Assembly: GCA_002269645.1 (NCBI GenBank)
Contig: NIVC01001145.1
Span: 62,001 to 126,000, forward strand
Direction: 5' to 3'
DNA from: Macrostomum lignano
Lineage: Eukaryota
Length of the DNA stretch: 64,000 nt
In this document: in pieces, positions 26,301-45,425 of the stretch
Layout of the letters: every line of letters begins with the position of its first letter
Position numbering within the stretch: position 1 is the stretch's first letter
Translations under genes and position numbers: made by a program
Notes under the pieces: generated by a model
Told to the model about the DNA's origin: nothing
Seen by the model: the letters and a program-made list of their open reading frames with translations, nothing else
Databases searched by the model: none

Positions 26301-29300
26301 TTTTGTATAGTTAGGCAGTAAGATAAATTAACACGGAGAGGGCACGCATGGTCTGCGTGGCTGTTTTAGTGCAGGCAAATGGGTGGGTCTAACATTAAAT
26401 ATCTATGATAAGTTTGTAATAGCATATCAGCGATTTGAACGCTGATACTATTCTTCTAAAGGACCCCGAGGGCCAGATACTCGTAGAGAGGCTTTGCTGG
26501 TCGAAGTTTGCCCACCCTGAATTAGCACAAATACGGTTAGATGTGCTGGTTTACTGGAAGATTCCTATAGCAAGCTTACTACTAGCACAAACTTACCACA
26601 AAGTACTCATCACAGGTGAGACACTCAAGCAGCACGTGAGTAACCCTATCCGGGCTGTACCGTTGAACAGTAACACCGCCCCTAGCTTCAATTCGATCCA
26701 ACCAGTGCTGCTTATATTTGGGACAATCGTTGAATGCTGGTACAAAAAATATGCAGCCTAATAGACACAGGTCCACTGGTAATTTCTCTGGACAGTCGTG
26801 ACCTACGTAGGTTGGCTTTGGCGGTGGCTGCTGTTGTTGTTGCGACGGCTGCTGCTGCTGCTGAGCATGCATTTGAGCATGAGCAATTGACGGAGCGGCA
26901 GGTCCCCCAATCATAGTCGGAGGCTTGAGCACAGCAGATGGACCAGGAGGCTGATGAATAAGAACACCTGGTTGATGATGCTGCTGTTGCTGCGGTTGCT
27001 GATGTTGATGATGCTGTGGCATTGGCAACTGAGGATGCTGTTGCAGCTGCTGGTGCTGTTTAGCTGCCATCATAGCCGCCTGTTGCTGCTGTCGCTGTTG
27101 TTGCTGAGCTACAGCTGCGGCCACAGCGGCAGCTGACGAACTGACAACAACTGAAGCACCGGAATGAACCGGATGCTGAGGCTGATGATGCTGCAATTGA
27201 TGATGCTGCAACTGATGCTGATGTTGAATAGCTACGGACACAGGCGACTGCATGTGAGGCGACGGAGCTTGCAACTGCTGGTGCTGTTGCTGCTGCTGAA
27301 TTGGATTCAAGTGAACAGTCTGCTGCTGCTGCTGCTGGTGATGATGCGGATGCTGATGAGGCATCGGCTGAGGCTGCTGCTGTTGTTGCTGATGATGCAC
27401 AGCGTGAGCTTGAGCCATCATCTGTTGCTGATGATGATGCTGAGCAGATAAAGTCATATTAGGTTGAGCAGGCAATAAGCGAGACTGCAGATGCATAGCC
27501 GGTGCGTACTGAGGCGACTGAGGCGGCAACGGTTGAGCATAGGAAGTGAATTGAGCAGCAGCAACTGGCGGCTGAGCATGAGAATAAACTAAGTGCTGTT
27601 GTTGCTGCTGCTGCTGCTGAGGTGGAGGAGGAGGAAAATTAGGATGCTGATGCATAGGATGATGATGATGCTGCTGCTCAAGCTGCTGGTGCGGCGCCGG
27701 GGCTAGAAATATACTCTGAGCAGGCGTGGCCTGCTGAGTAGCCGTAGTTAAACTAGACTGAGGCGGCTGCTGAGTAGCCAATGCTGAGTTAGCAGATGAA
27801 GAGACGGCTGTACCAGTGACATTGATGCTAACACAGCTAGGCGACTGCATGCCGCTAGGAGAAAATGCAAGGCCAGGTGTTGACGACATGGGCGAAGGCG
27901 ACACTTCCGGTTGTTGTTGCTGTTGTTGTTGCTGTGGCGGCTGCAGTAGCATCGGAGTAGCTATACTACTACTAGTAGTAGTAGTAGCATTGCTAACACT
28001 CAAACCAACTGATACAATCGACGATGCTACTACAGGATTATTATTATTGCTAGGAGAAGCGGCAATAGTGCCAGCAGTAGTAGGAGCAGCAGAAACAGTT
28101 GAGGACACAGTTGAAGCAGCTGTAGTAGTAGCACCAATTTTGCCAACTCTGCTTTTGGGACTCTTGGGCGAACGAGTTTTTGCTGGCGATTTCGGCGACC
28201 GAGGCTTTTTTGGCTAAGAAAAGTTTAAAGGAATCATATTTTTAGCAACATAAAATAATACTGATCCTACTAATAATTATATTTAAACAGATTAAAATGC
28301 GAGGCAAAGGGGACACTAAATCACTAATCAATAAATGACTTAATGATACGCATACTAATGCACTCAGTAAGAATACTAATGGACTCAGTAAGAATACTAA
28401 TGCACTCAGTAAGAATACTAATGCACTCAGTAAGAATACTAATGGACTCAGTAAGAATACTAATGCACTCAGTAAGAATACTAATGGACTCAGTAAGAAT
28501 ACTAATGGACTCAGTAAGAATACTAATGGACTCAGTAAGAATACTAATGCACTCAGTAAGAATACTAATGCACTCAGTAAGAATACTAATGCACTCAGTA
28601 AGAATACTAATGGACTCAGTAAGAATACTAATGCACTCAGTAAGAATACTAATGGACTCAGTAAGAATACTAATGGACTCAGTAAGAATACTAATGGACT
28701 CAGTGAGAATACTAATGGACTCAGTAAGAATACTAATGGACTCAGTAAGAACACTAATGGACTCAGTAAGAACACTAATGGACTCAGTGAGAATACTAAT
28801 GGACTCAGTAAGAACACAAATGGACTCAGTAAGAATACTAATGCACTCAGTAAGAATACTAATGCACTCAGTAAGAACACTAATAGACTCAGTAAAAACA
28901 CTAATGGACTCAGTGAGAATACTAATGGACTCAGTAAGAACACTAATGGACTCAGTAAGAACACTAATGGACTCAGTGAGAATACTAATGGACTCAGTAA
29001 GAACACTAATAGACTCAGTAAGAATACTAATGCACTCAGTAAGAATACTAATGCACTCAGTAAGAATACTAATGCACTCAGTAAGAATACTAATGCACTC
29101 AGTAAGAACACTAATGGACTCAGTGAGAATACTAATGGACTCAGTAAGAACACTAATGCACTCAGTAAGAACACTAATAGACTCAGTAAAAATACTAATG
29201 GACTCAGTGAGAATACTAATGGACTCAGTTAGAATACTAATGGACTCAGTGAGAATACTAATGGACTCAGTAAGAATACTAATAGACTCAGTAAAAATAC

Positions 29301-30083
29301 TAATGGACTCAGTGAGAATACTAATGGACTCAGTAAGAATACTAATAGACTCAGTAAAAATACTAATGGACTCAGTGAGAATACTAATGGACTCAGTTAG
29401 AATACTAATGGACTCAGTGAGAATACTAATGGACTCAGTGAGAATACTAATGGACTCAGTGAGAATACTAATGGACTCAGTGAGAATACTAATGGACTCA
29501 GTGAGAATACTAATGGACTCAGTGAGAATACAATTGGACTCAGTGAGAATACTAATGGACTCATTATTAGCAGACAGTACAAAATACTCTCCTCAGCAGC
29601 ATACCTGCGAGGGAGACGGCCTAGAAGGCGCGGATTCTTTAGTAAAAGCCAAATATTGCTGGCTAAGTATGTTCTTTACGTTTTGCTGCACAATAGCGTC
29701 TTTTTCTTCTTCGTTCAACGATTGCTCTTGATGATATTTATTGGTTTTTAATTTTTTCTGCTGTTGCTGCTGTTGCTGGGTCATAGTGAGAGCGGCGGTT
29801 GCAGCTGCAGATGCTGCAGCAATAGTTTGAGCAGCAGAAGAAGCAACAGTAGTAGCCAAGCTGCCACTTCCAGCCATAGACATTGTTGACACGGAGGCCG
29901 CTCCGGCGGAACTAGTTGGCGAAATCAATTGCTGCTGCTGCTGCTGCTGCTGAGAAGGCGGTGTTAATCCAATCACTGGCGGGTTGCCTAGCAACTGTTG
30001 CTGCTGCTGATGAGGCTTGGCTAAACTACCACCGCTGATAGCTATACCAGAAGCTACCGGAAGGCGTTGTTGAAATGCTTGCG

Positions 30084-30117
<34 letters not shown>

Positions 30118-33100
30118 TTGTTGTTGAGGCATTGGAGCAGCAATACGCATTTGAAACGGCTGCTGTTGCTGTTGCGAAGTATGAGGCTGCGATTGCTGCT
30201 GCTGGGCCGACGTGGCAAATCTAGGCTGGGCACTAATGTGCGATACAGGCACAGCGCCAGGCGCTACCGGCTGCTGAGACTGCTGCACGCGCATCATATT
30301 CGGATTGTGAGTTAATATAGTCACCTGTTGCTGTTGCTGCTGAGTAGGAGCCTGTTGCATCTGTAGTTAAAGTTAAACGAGTAACTTAGAGCATGAGAAG
30401 GTTTGAGGGGCTTGTTGTAAAGTTTAAGCCGGGGGTTGGCAAACCCTTTTTACCTCAAGGAAACTTGGCTCATGAGAGTCGAAAAGAGAGGCAATAGATT
30501 AGAGATGGGAGAATGTAGGAAAGGGATATAGAGAAGAGAAGACGATAGGGGGTGAGAAGAGCGGAAAGAGGAGAGGGAAGAGAAGAGGAAAGAGAGGAGA
30601 GAGGCAAGAGGGGAGATGGGAGAGAGGGAAGAGAGGGGAGAGGGGAGAGGAGGGAAGACAAGAGGAGAGAGGGGAGATGGAAGAGAGAGGAGAGAGGAGA
30701 GAGGGAAGGAGAGAGCTGAGAAGAGACACAAACCCTGATCGGGCCCGCATTGCTATTGTGAAATTTCAAAGGACCAGAGGGCAGGACAGAGCCGAAATGT
30801 GGCCCGCGAATCCGAGTTTGCCGACCCCTGCTTTAAGCCAACAAGGGCCAACCACTAGGACTAATCATTGAGCGTGACTCAATAGTCGCCTCTTAGTCGC
30901 ATTACAGTAGTTTGGAGTCGTTAAAAAGTCACAAGAGTCACCCTACAGGTCGGTGGAGTCACTAGTCAGTTGTTTGCAATGACCCTTTAGCGATTCTTAT
31001 CACCGTAACGTTTTTAACTGAGGTTGTACAGCGCCCCCCTCTGACTTTCTAATTGTCAAGCATGTGTACACTTTCTGTGCCTTGTGGTAAGCCAGAGTCA
31101 GGTGTTTTATCAGGATGAAAAGCATACATAGAAACAAATTTTATCGACAATTAACTACAACCGAAACATATAACTAACCTGCTGCTGCTGCTGTATGTTA
31201 ACGGACATAACTGGCACATTGTCAACGTGACTGCCAACGCGAACATCGACTGGCTGCGGCCCGCCAACCGCCGATGCGGCAGTGGGACCGAAGCTGAGCA
31301 TAGCCGGTCCAGAAGCCGCTGAGCCGGCACTGCTGCCAGTCAGAGCAAAATAGGCCGACACTCTGCTTAGCCTACTAGGATGATAGTCGCTCTCCCTTTG
31401 CATAGCATTATGCTGCACAGAATCTGTAACCCAATCCGGTAGTACAACGTGTACTCTAGCTTTTAATTGAGTCAATTGATCCATTAATCTGCCGCCGCCT
31501 TGAGTAGTGACAAAATGCGTCACAGTATTATCTAATCGACATTTCATTTCGGCGCCCCGGAAGCTCAACAAAGCGTACAGATTGAACCAGTCCTGTCGGC
31601 CAACTTTAGCTATGAAAGCTGTAACGCCGCGGAATAATTTCTTAATACTTGGATGAAACCAATCCATCTGTTGTTGATTCTGCAGCTTGCACGATAGCAG
31701 CACCCATTGCGGTGTAACGACTTTGACATTGTGCAAATCGGCCGCTTCGGCCACTTCGTCGGCGTCTGGATCGTCGCTAATTGCTACACTACAGCTAGAC
31801 GTCAATAGGCTGGTCTTACTGGCCCCATTGCGATCGAGGAGTTCCAGAGCCTGCGTGTTCACAGTGGAGAGCGGGGATTTGAGAATTGTAGAGATTTACG
31901 CACCCATTAAGTGCCACACAAAGCCAAGATTTAAGCACCTATTTAGTGCCACACAAACCCAAGATTTAAGCATTATTTAGTGCCACACAAAGCCAAGATT
32001 TAAGCACCCATTAAGTGCCACACAAAGCCAAGATTTAAGCATTATTTAGTGCCACACACAGCCCAGATTGCACAAATTTAATGCCATACATTAAAATGTA
32101 AAGAAAACAGCAAATATAGCACATTATAAATAAAAGAATTCTATTTTTTTGTACAAAAAAGAACTATAATTTTCTTGAAAACATTTTTTAACTCATTGCA
32201 TATAGTTAAACAATCTCAATAACTCAAGGAGATATTAATTATCCATGTTAATATAATATAGACAAGATAGTTTTGAAAATAGTAGGAAAATAAACGTCAA
32301 GAAAAAGATAAAAGATTTTCTTGGAGTTTACTCCACCAAGAGGTTTCTGCCCTGACTAAAATCTTCAGATCCAATGGTTACCCTCTCAGTTTTGCCAGCC
32401 GCATTATTAATGCATTTGTCACCAAGAAAGTTTCCAGCAATGTGAGCTCCAGACAAATGGAGATAGATTCTTGGGATACTCTATTGGTTCTCCCATCAAA
32501 GAGTTTTAGAGGTTGTAGGATTGTGGCTTATGAATGAGGAATGAAATTTAGGATGGGATAACACATGGCACATCTTTATGAAAGCTAGGAGTGCTTTAGT
32601 AATCATAAGTATATTGTGCTCAGATTGAGGCTTTAGGAAGCTTTGAGGCTTTATTGTAACCACTGCTTTCTATATTAGCAGACTGCAGCAATTTAACAGT
32701 GAATAGCAATTGGCAAATCAAGGCAATCCAACATAGTTTGTAAAAATGAAAGATTTATATAAAAAGCAATGCAATACAAGTGACACCATGGAAATTTCAA
32801 CATCAAGTTTTACCCAAAGATACTCTAAAATTTAAATGGCCTCTTAAGAAATGTGCATTGTCTTGGTTGTTAGACTGATGTAGACTACTACAATAGATCT
32901 GAAGATATGCAAGTTTTTCTCAGGGCTGCAAATTAGCTAGAAAGATTACATGATCAAAGCATAAGAACAATCATGAGAGTACTATGTTCTACACACTGGC
33001 TTTTGAAACAGTGATTGGCAGACTTTAACATCAAATGCCAGAAAAATCTTGCTTAGCTCTAGCTTCAGAGGAGAGGCGAGAGAAAGGATAAGAGAAAAGA

Positions 33101-35309
33101 TAGAAGATAAAAAAGAGAAACAAGGGATAAGGGGTGACGACAAAGAGAGTGAGGTGGGAAAACATGCTTGGGCGCAACCTTGGGATTCACTCGGCCGTTT
33201 CTATTGGCAACACACACATGTAAGTCACTATTGGACAGAATAGTAGTCACGTGACTGCTCTCAGCCAATAGCGACTTACATGTATGTGTTGCCAATAGAA
33301 ACGGCCAGGTGATTCCCAAAGTTGTGCATGTATGTGGGAAAAGGGGGAAAGAAAAATAAGAGAAAGGAGAGAATAAGGGGTAAGAGAAAAGAGGAGTGTG
33401 AGAAGTGAGAAAAGAGAATAGAGATAAGAAGAAGAGGAGAGGAGAGATAAGAAAAGAAGAAGTAGAGATTAGAAAATGGAGATAAGTAAGCAGAAAGAAG
33501 AAAGGAAAGATAAGATAGGACTAAGAGAGGAGTGATGAGATAGGAGATCAGAGAGGAAAGAGAAAAGAAGAGAAAGGGAAAATGAGAGAGAAAGAGAAGA
33601 GAGAAGAGATAAGGTTATATAGAAAAGAGATAAAACTAAATAAAAAAATTAAAGATAAGAGATAAAGGAGACAAGAGAGGAGAGTAGAGAGAGAAAAGAA
33701 AAGTGAATAGAGAAAGAGCTAAAGAGCTAAAAAAGAACAATAGAGAAGGAAGAGAAGAGAAAAGAAAAGAAAAAAGGAAAAAGAAGAGAACAAAGACAGG
33801 AGTAAATAGACAAGAAATGTAATAGTGATGCTTATTTAAAAAGTATTAGAAAAATAAAGGTTAATACCAACATATAAGTAAATTAATAGACAAGTAAAAA
33901 TAAAAACAAGAGATGCAAGAGTAAAAAGAACAGTGAAAAGAGATTATAAAGACAAAAGGAGAGAGGGTAGAAAAGAAATTTGTGAGAGCAGAGAAGAGAG
34001 ACAAAGAGAGAGAAAGGGGAAAGGGAGAAAGGAAGAGGAAAAAGGAGAATAGGGATGGGAGAAAGTAAAGAGAAGAGAAAGAGAAAAGAGAGAAAAGAGA
34101 GAGAAGAGAGAAGAAAGGAAAGAAAATAAAGAAGACTTGAGAGATTTAAGAGAAAATAATAAAGGAAAGGAAAAAGAAAAGATAAGATGCATACATGCGC
34201 AACTTTGGGAATCACCCAGCCATTTCTATTGGCAACACAGACATGTAAGTTGCTATTGGCTAAGAGCAGTCACGTGACTACTATTCTGTCCAATAGTGAC
34301 TTACATGTATATGTTGCCAATAGAAATGGCCAGGTGAATCCCAAGGTTGCACCCAAGCATTATAAGATGAGAGATAAGAGAACTGAGACCAGAGAGAAGA
34401 GAAGAAAGAAAGAGAAAGAAGAGGGACAAGAAGATAAGAGAGAAGAATAGATAAGATGAAAAAGATAAAAAAGGCAAAAAATGGAAGATAAGAAAGGAGA
34501 AAAAAGAGAAAAGATGAATTGGAATTTAGCAGGTTTAAAATTCATGGGTTTTAATAACTTATAAATATGATAAAGTTTTGATGCAAAATAATTATGATAT
34601 AAATATATGCTAAAAATTAGATAAGTAGATTAATTTTCTTAAATGCTAACACTAGGGCCTAACAGAATTATTTAATGTCTATTTAATTTTAAATCACATA
34701 AATTTTAATAAGTAATAATAAATATTTGTCAAGAAACAGGGTATATTTCATACAACAAGTAGACACAAAAAATTTTGACCAAGAAAGGTACACAGAAAAG
34801 TGCCAGTGGATTTTTTCTAAAAGTGCATATTGACTATTGTAGCTATTTAAAGATGTTTAACAATGGGATAATATTAGCACTAATATTTATTTACAAAGCT
34901 TCCTTAGGACCAAAAAATAAACTTTTATAGGCAAGAGCATTTAATTCTTTATTTTTCTCATACATAGAATGCATTATTTGTTTTGGGATAAATTTCACCC
35001 TGACATGGGACTAGGCTGGGTCAAGAAAAAGAAACTCATTTTTTATACTTTTTAATATAAGTTTCTTTAATTTTAAAATCTTTTTTGTCTAAAGCTATAT
35101 CAGGCCTAATAATTACTTAAACAGACAGCAACTTAAGCCAACAAAACAATTTGACGAATTTTGTACATGACCAAAAAAATTTAAAAGTCTAATAATCAAC
35201 AAAAAGACAACAGGAATGCAAAACTTACCAACTTATCTGAGTCTGAACATGAAATGACATAATATCTCATACCAGCAAATAGCTTATTAGCTGGAGTAGA
35301 ATTCATCAT
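20348..35309 (-). CDS. PAXIP1: PAXIP1/PTIP, six-BRCT polyglutamine protein, 11 exons, about 1642 aa
   Basis: Exons (minus): 35309-35229, 31850-31179, 30360-29605, 28213-26597, 24196-24053, 23268-23101, 22937-22793, 22701-22658, 22568-22471, 22054-21405, 20901-20348. All are GT-AG, total 4929 nt. BRCT1-2 (LFAGMRYYVI...VVTPQWVLLSC...LFRGVTAFI...THFV...VLPDWVTDSV), a long Q/H-rich linker, BRCT3-4 (LCLLGCIFFV...THVLLE...VSMNWLAAC; YMIKSLGARYS) and BRCT5-6 with phosphopeptide-pocket-like SG and TPK residues. This is the canonical PTIP architecture. Confidence 0.92.
23290..23475 (-). mobile_element. Possible 5'-truncated tRNA-derived SINE (different family)
   Basis: The minus strand reads GCGTCTGACTCTCGACCCAAGGTTGACTGAGTTCGAATTC, resembling a tRNA anticodon arm plus B-box. 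No A-box seen. Confidence 0.3.
23570..23945. repeat. Degenerate AAACCCTAATTCCTACCT-type repeat (telomere-like CCCTAA core), PAXIP1 intron 5
   Basis: Multiple CCCTAA/AAACCCTAA cores at roughly 18-bp spacing. Confidence 0.75.
24290..24960. repeat. GA-rich low-complexity tract, PAXIP1 intron 4
   Basis: Almost purely purine on the plus strand. Confidence 0.9.
24989..26447 (-). mobile_element. Non-autonomous LTR retroelement (TRIM/LARD-like), 1459 bp, in PAXIP1 intron 4
   Basis: Direct repeats 24989-25401 and 26035-26447 (413 bp each, no differences seen by eye). 5-bp TSD CTATT at 24984-24988 and 26448-26452. On minus: PBS TGGTTCCCTTTGACCG just inside the 5' LTR, resembling the complement of a tRNA-Glu 3' end; PPT GTGGAGGGA before the 3' LTR; TATAAATA and a GGGTGGGGCGG box in the LTR. 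The 633-bp interior has no recognisable pol. Confidence 0.92.
25593..25982 (-). other. 129-aa ORF inside the LTR element, at the position where gag would start; product unrecognised
   Basis: ATG lies 52 nt inside the 5' LTR end, in the element's sense orientation. No motif recognised. Confidence 0.35.
28355..29565. repeat. 21-bp minisatellite (ACTCAGTAAGAATACTAATGG), PAXIP1 intron 3
   Basis: About 57 units producing 7-aa-period spurious ORFs. Confidence 0.97.
30485..30725. repeat. GA-rich low-complexity tract, PAXIP1 intron 2
   Basis: Direct. Confidence 0.85.
31905..32060. repeat. Tandem repeat of about 34-bp units (AGTGCCACACAAAGCCAAGATTTAAGCACCCATT), PAXIP1 intron 1
   Basis: 4-5 units. 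Confidence 0.85.
32328..32705 (+). mobile_element. Degraded Penelope-like retroelement fragment in PAXIP1 intron 1
   Basis: The frame from 32328 reads LLHQEVSALTKIFRSNGYPLSFASRIINAF, matching the NGYP..FI motif after Penelope RT. A later segment AFYISRLQQFNSE* resembles a GIY-YIG C-terminus. Interrupted by stops. Confidence 0.5.
33164..33334. repeat. 171-bp imperfect palindrome centred on GTCACGTGAC with four CCAAT boxes (copy 1)
   Basis: Arms include the perfect complement pair GGCCGTTTCTATTGGCAACA / TGTTGCCAATAGAAACGGCC. Centre at 33246-33255. Confidence 0.9.
33335..34189. repeat. GA-rich low-complexity spacer between the two palindromes
   Basis: Direct; GA-rich sequence also flanks both palindromes externally. 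Confidence 0.85.
34190..34360. repeat. 171-bp imperfect palindrome (copy 2, inverted relative to copy 1)
   Basis: Reverse complement of 33164-33334 with a few substitutions. Centre GTCACGTGAC at 34269-34278. Confidence 0.9.
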
Positions 35310-36095
35310 GTTTAAATTAAGCCTAAGCTAAAGTAAAAAGACCTATTAAAAAAAAATTGCGTCAAGGTTGGCTTGGCTTAGGCTAAGCTAGGTCTAATCA
35401 AATTTCTTACTAAACTAGAGAAAAAGGGCTGAGGCAATGAAATTATTAGTCTTTAAATTTACTTAACATGAATTAGACCAATGCAAATGGATTTAATTAA
35501 ATTTCGAGTAGGGAGCCTAGTTACAAAGATTGACATATTTCAGCAGATCTGACGATTTTTTTACTAGGCCTAGGTCTAAGTTTTTTAAATATACACAGCG
35601 TTGATATAAGAGTCGTTGCACAAATTTGAGCTAACATATGGTGCAATGAAACAAAATGTAAAATGACCTTTTTATAATGATAAGAAACTTCTAAATTCAT
35701 ATTTTGATATTAAAACCTGAAAAAGGCCACAGTTTTTTAATGTTTAGCAATCTTTTGTTTGAATTTTTACTCTGTTTTTATAACAACAGAAACTAAATTC
35801 TTGTCTATATTTAAGTAAAGCATGGCAAAATAATCAACACATTTGTTAATAATATTTTGCCTAGCATAGAGTAATGTTATTTTTTTGTTATTTATTTTAA
35901 CCTTGTCAGTAAAAAGTGCAATAAACTATATCGTTTTTTAAACGCAAGCATTGCCCGTGAATTTTTTTCTATCCGGTTAATCAAGTGCGCATAGCTACAT
36001 TCTGGCACTGTCAGCTCTTGTAATTTTGCCAAAATAGTAGCATTCGATCCTGTATCTCATTGCGTTTACAATTATAAGTATCACAGTGACGTGAC
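35310..36095. promoter_or_regulatory. Putative bidirectional promoter between PAXIP1 (-) and RUVBL2 (+)
   Basis: Divergent ATGs at 35309 and 36096 are 786 bp apart. The gap is AT-rich and array-free. GTGACGTGAC lies immediately before the RUVBL2 ATG. Confidence 0.55.
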
Positions 36096-43230
<7,135 letters not shown>

Positions 43231-43769
43231 ATGGGCGCTAGTAAACTGCCATTTATTATTTAATTTACAATCACTTACACAATTCGTCAGCTCTCATAGC
43301 TTTATGTTTGTAATAGTAAAAAATGCAAATGAAAAATATAATGCCATTCCGACAGCAGAATTTCAACAGGCCCTTTTTCAGTGTGTTTTTTATGTCTAAA
43401 TTTTCTAATAAAATATGAAAACATTACTAGTGTGTAAGTTTTTAATGCATCATGCTCGCTATAGCAAATTGCTAAAATTGACTGTTTTTAAAACCCCTTT
43501 TTTCTTATCTTTTTCATGTTCGTGTTCTTCGTTCTTTTTCTCAACGCTTAAACCTACTTATGAGTAGTATGTCTTGTTTGCTGTGCATCTAACCATCTAG
43601 CGAGTAAATAAAAAAACGGTGCAGTTTTGAATTAAAACCGCCAACTCTGTGGCGTGCTGGCTCGAGCCAATGTGGTATTTTGATCAAAAACTTTTTCTGT
43701 TTTGTGTTATTTTCTTTTATCTTTTTTCCTAGCTAGGACTTAGCATGTTTTTGAACTGGGCACCCTTTT

Positions 43770-44660
43770 CCAGGGGTTTAGAATCTGGATTTCCAGGGAT
43801 TAATGTGGATTCCCAGGGGTTAATCTGGATTCCCAGTGGTTAATCTGAATCTCCAGGGGTTAATATGGATTCTCAGGGATTAATGTGGATTCCCAGGGGT
43901 TAATCTGGATTCCCAGGGGTTTACAAGGTGGATTCCCATGGGTTAATCTGAATCCCCAGGGTTTAATGTTGATTCCCATGGGTTAATCTGAATCCCCAGG
44001 GGTTAATGTGGATCCCCAGGGTTTAATGTTGATTCCCATGGGTTAATCTGAATCCCCAGGGGTTAATGTGGATTCCCATGGGTTAATCTGGATCCTCAGG
44101 GGGTTACAATGTGGATTCCCAGGGGTTTACAATGTGGATTCCCAGGGGTTTACAATGTGGATTCCCAGGGGTTTACAATGTTGATTCCCATGGGTTAATC
44201 TGGATTCCCATGGGTTTACAATGTGGATTCCCAGGGGTTTACAATGTGGATTCCCAGGGGTTTACAATGTGGATTCCCAGGGGTTTACAATGTTGATTCC
44301 CATGGGTTAATCTGGATTCCCATGGGTTTACAATGTGGATTCCCATGGGTTTACAATGTTGATTCCCATGGGTTAATCTGGATTCCCAGTGGTTTACAAT
44401 GTGGATTCCCAGGGGTTTACAATGTTGATTCCCATGGGTTAATCTGGATTCCCATGGGTTTACAATGTGGATTCCCAGGGGTTTACAATGTGGATTCCCA
44501 GGGGTTTACAATGTGGATTCCCAGGGGTTTACAATGTTGATTCCCATGGGTTAATCTGGATTCCCATGGGTTTACAATGTGGATTCCCAGGGGTTTACAA
44601 TGTTGATTCCCATGGGTTAATCTGGATTCCCAGTGGTTTAAAATCTGGATTTCTAGGGGT
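43770..44660. repeat. Mixed 20/23-bp minisatellite (GGATTCCCATGGGTTAATCT / GGATTCCCAGGGGTTTACAATGT)
   Basis: Two unit types interleaved, with an approximately 112-bp higher-order period around 44111-44600. Confidence 0.93.
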
Positions 44661-45040
44661 CATAATTCGCAAGAAATTGCAATATAATATAAGTATCATT
44701 GAGCATAATTCCTATTTAATCAACAATTTCCCTTGATAGTTTCACTTTAATTAGAAACGCTCCGCCTCTCTGCTGTATGGTCAAGGCAGGCCAATTCTCG
44801 CCACTAGTTCTGCTTTTTTCCTCCCTTTTTTTCTCCGCTGCCCGCCTGCATGCTTCACATTTAAGCCGGTCTGGTTGGAGTAGAGCTCACGGATAAGTGG
44901 CGATATAAGCTTGCTTGCAAGGGTTTCTTAGCCACCAGTAGGACAAGTTGGTATATACTCGTATGTATTTTATATAGCTGGTATTCCTATAGATTTAAGC
45001 TGATAAACCTTCTCCCTATATCTGCTTTTTTGGTTTCTCC

Positions 45041-45046
<6 letters not shown>

Positions 45047-45102
<56 letters not shown>
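45047..45102. repeat. (CT)n microsatellite
   Basis: Direct. Confidence 0.97.
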
Positions 45103-45105
<3 letters not shown>

Positions 45106-45198
45106 ATTCCTTATTTCTTTCTTGAGATTCTGTTCCATAAGAACGGTTAAGCTGACTCAAGGAGTTCTCATATCATAAACTTATCTGGAGGGAGGATC

Positions 45199-45425
45199 AG
45201 GGAGTTGTAAGCCTAGTGGCTAGACCCTCTAGAGCGTCAGACTCACGACTAAAAGGCCGGTGGTTCGATTCTTGACCCACTTGAAACAATTTGTATCCTT
45301 GAGCAAGACACTTAAATCTGCATTGCTTCAGTTCACCCAGCTGTAAAATGGGTGCCAGCATTAGCTGGGGCAATTGAGGGTGGGAGTGGCGACCCCCCCC
45401 CTTAGCCCTTGGACTGAAAAGCAAC
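45199..45425 (+). mobile_element. tRNA-derived SINE (copy 2 of the same family)
   Basis: AGCCTAGTGG...AGAGCGTCAGACTCACGACT...GGTTCGATT...TATCCTTGAGCAAGACACTTAA...ATTGCTTCAGTT...ATGGGTG..AGCATTAGCTGGGG, colinear with copy 1 but diverged. Confidence 0.75.

Noticed and set aside
26734-28217. Plus-strand poly-L/M/C ORFs
   Set aside because: Antisense shadows of the PAXIP1 polyQ/polyH exon.
28242-29731. 310-aa and 462-aa heptad-like ORFs resembling membrane or coiled-coil proteins
   Set aside because: Translations of the 21-bp intronic array of PAXIP1.
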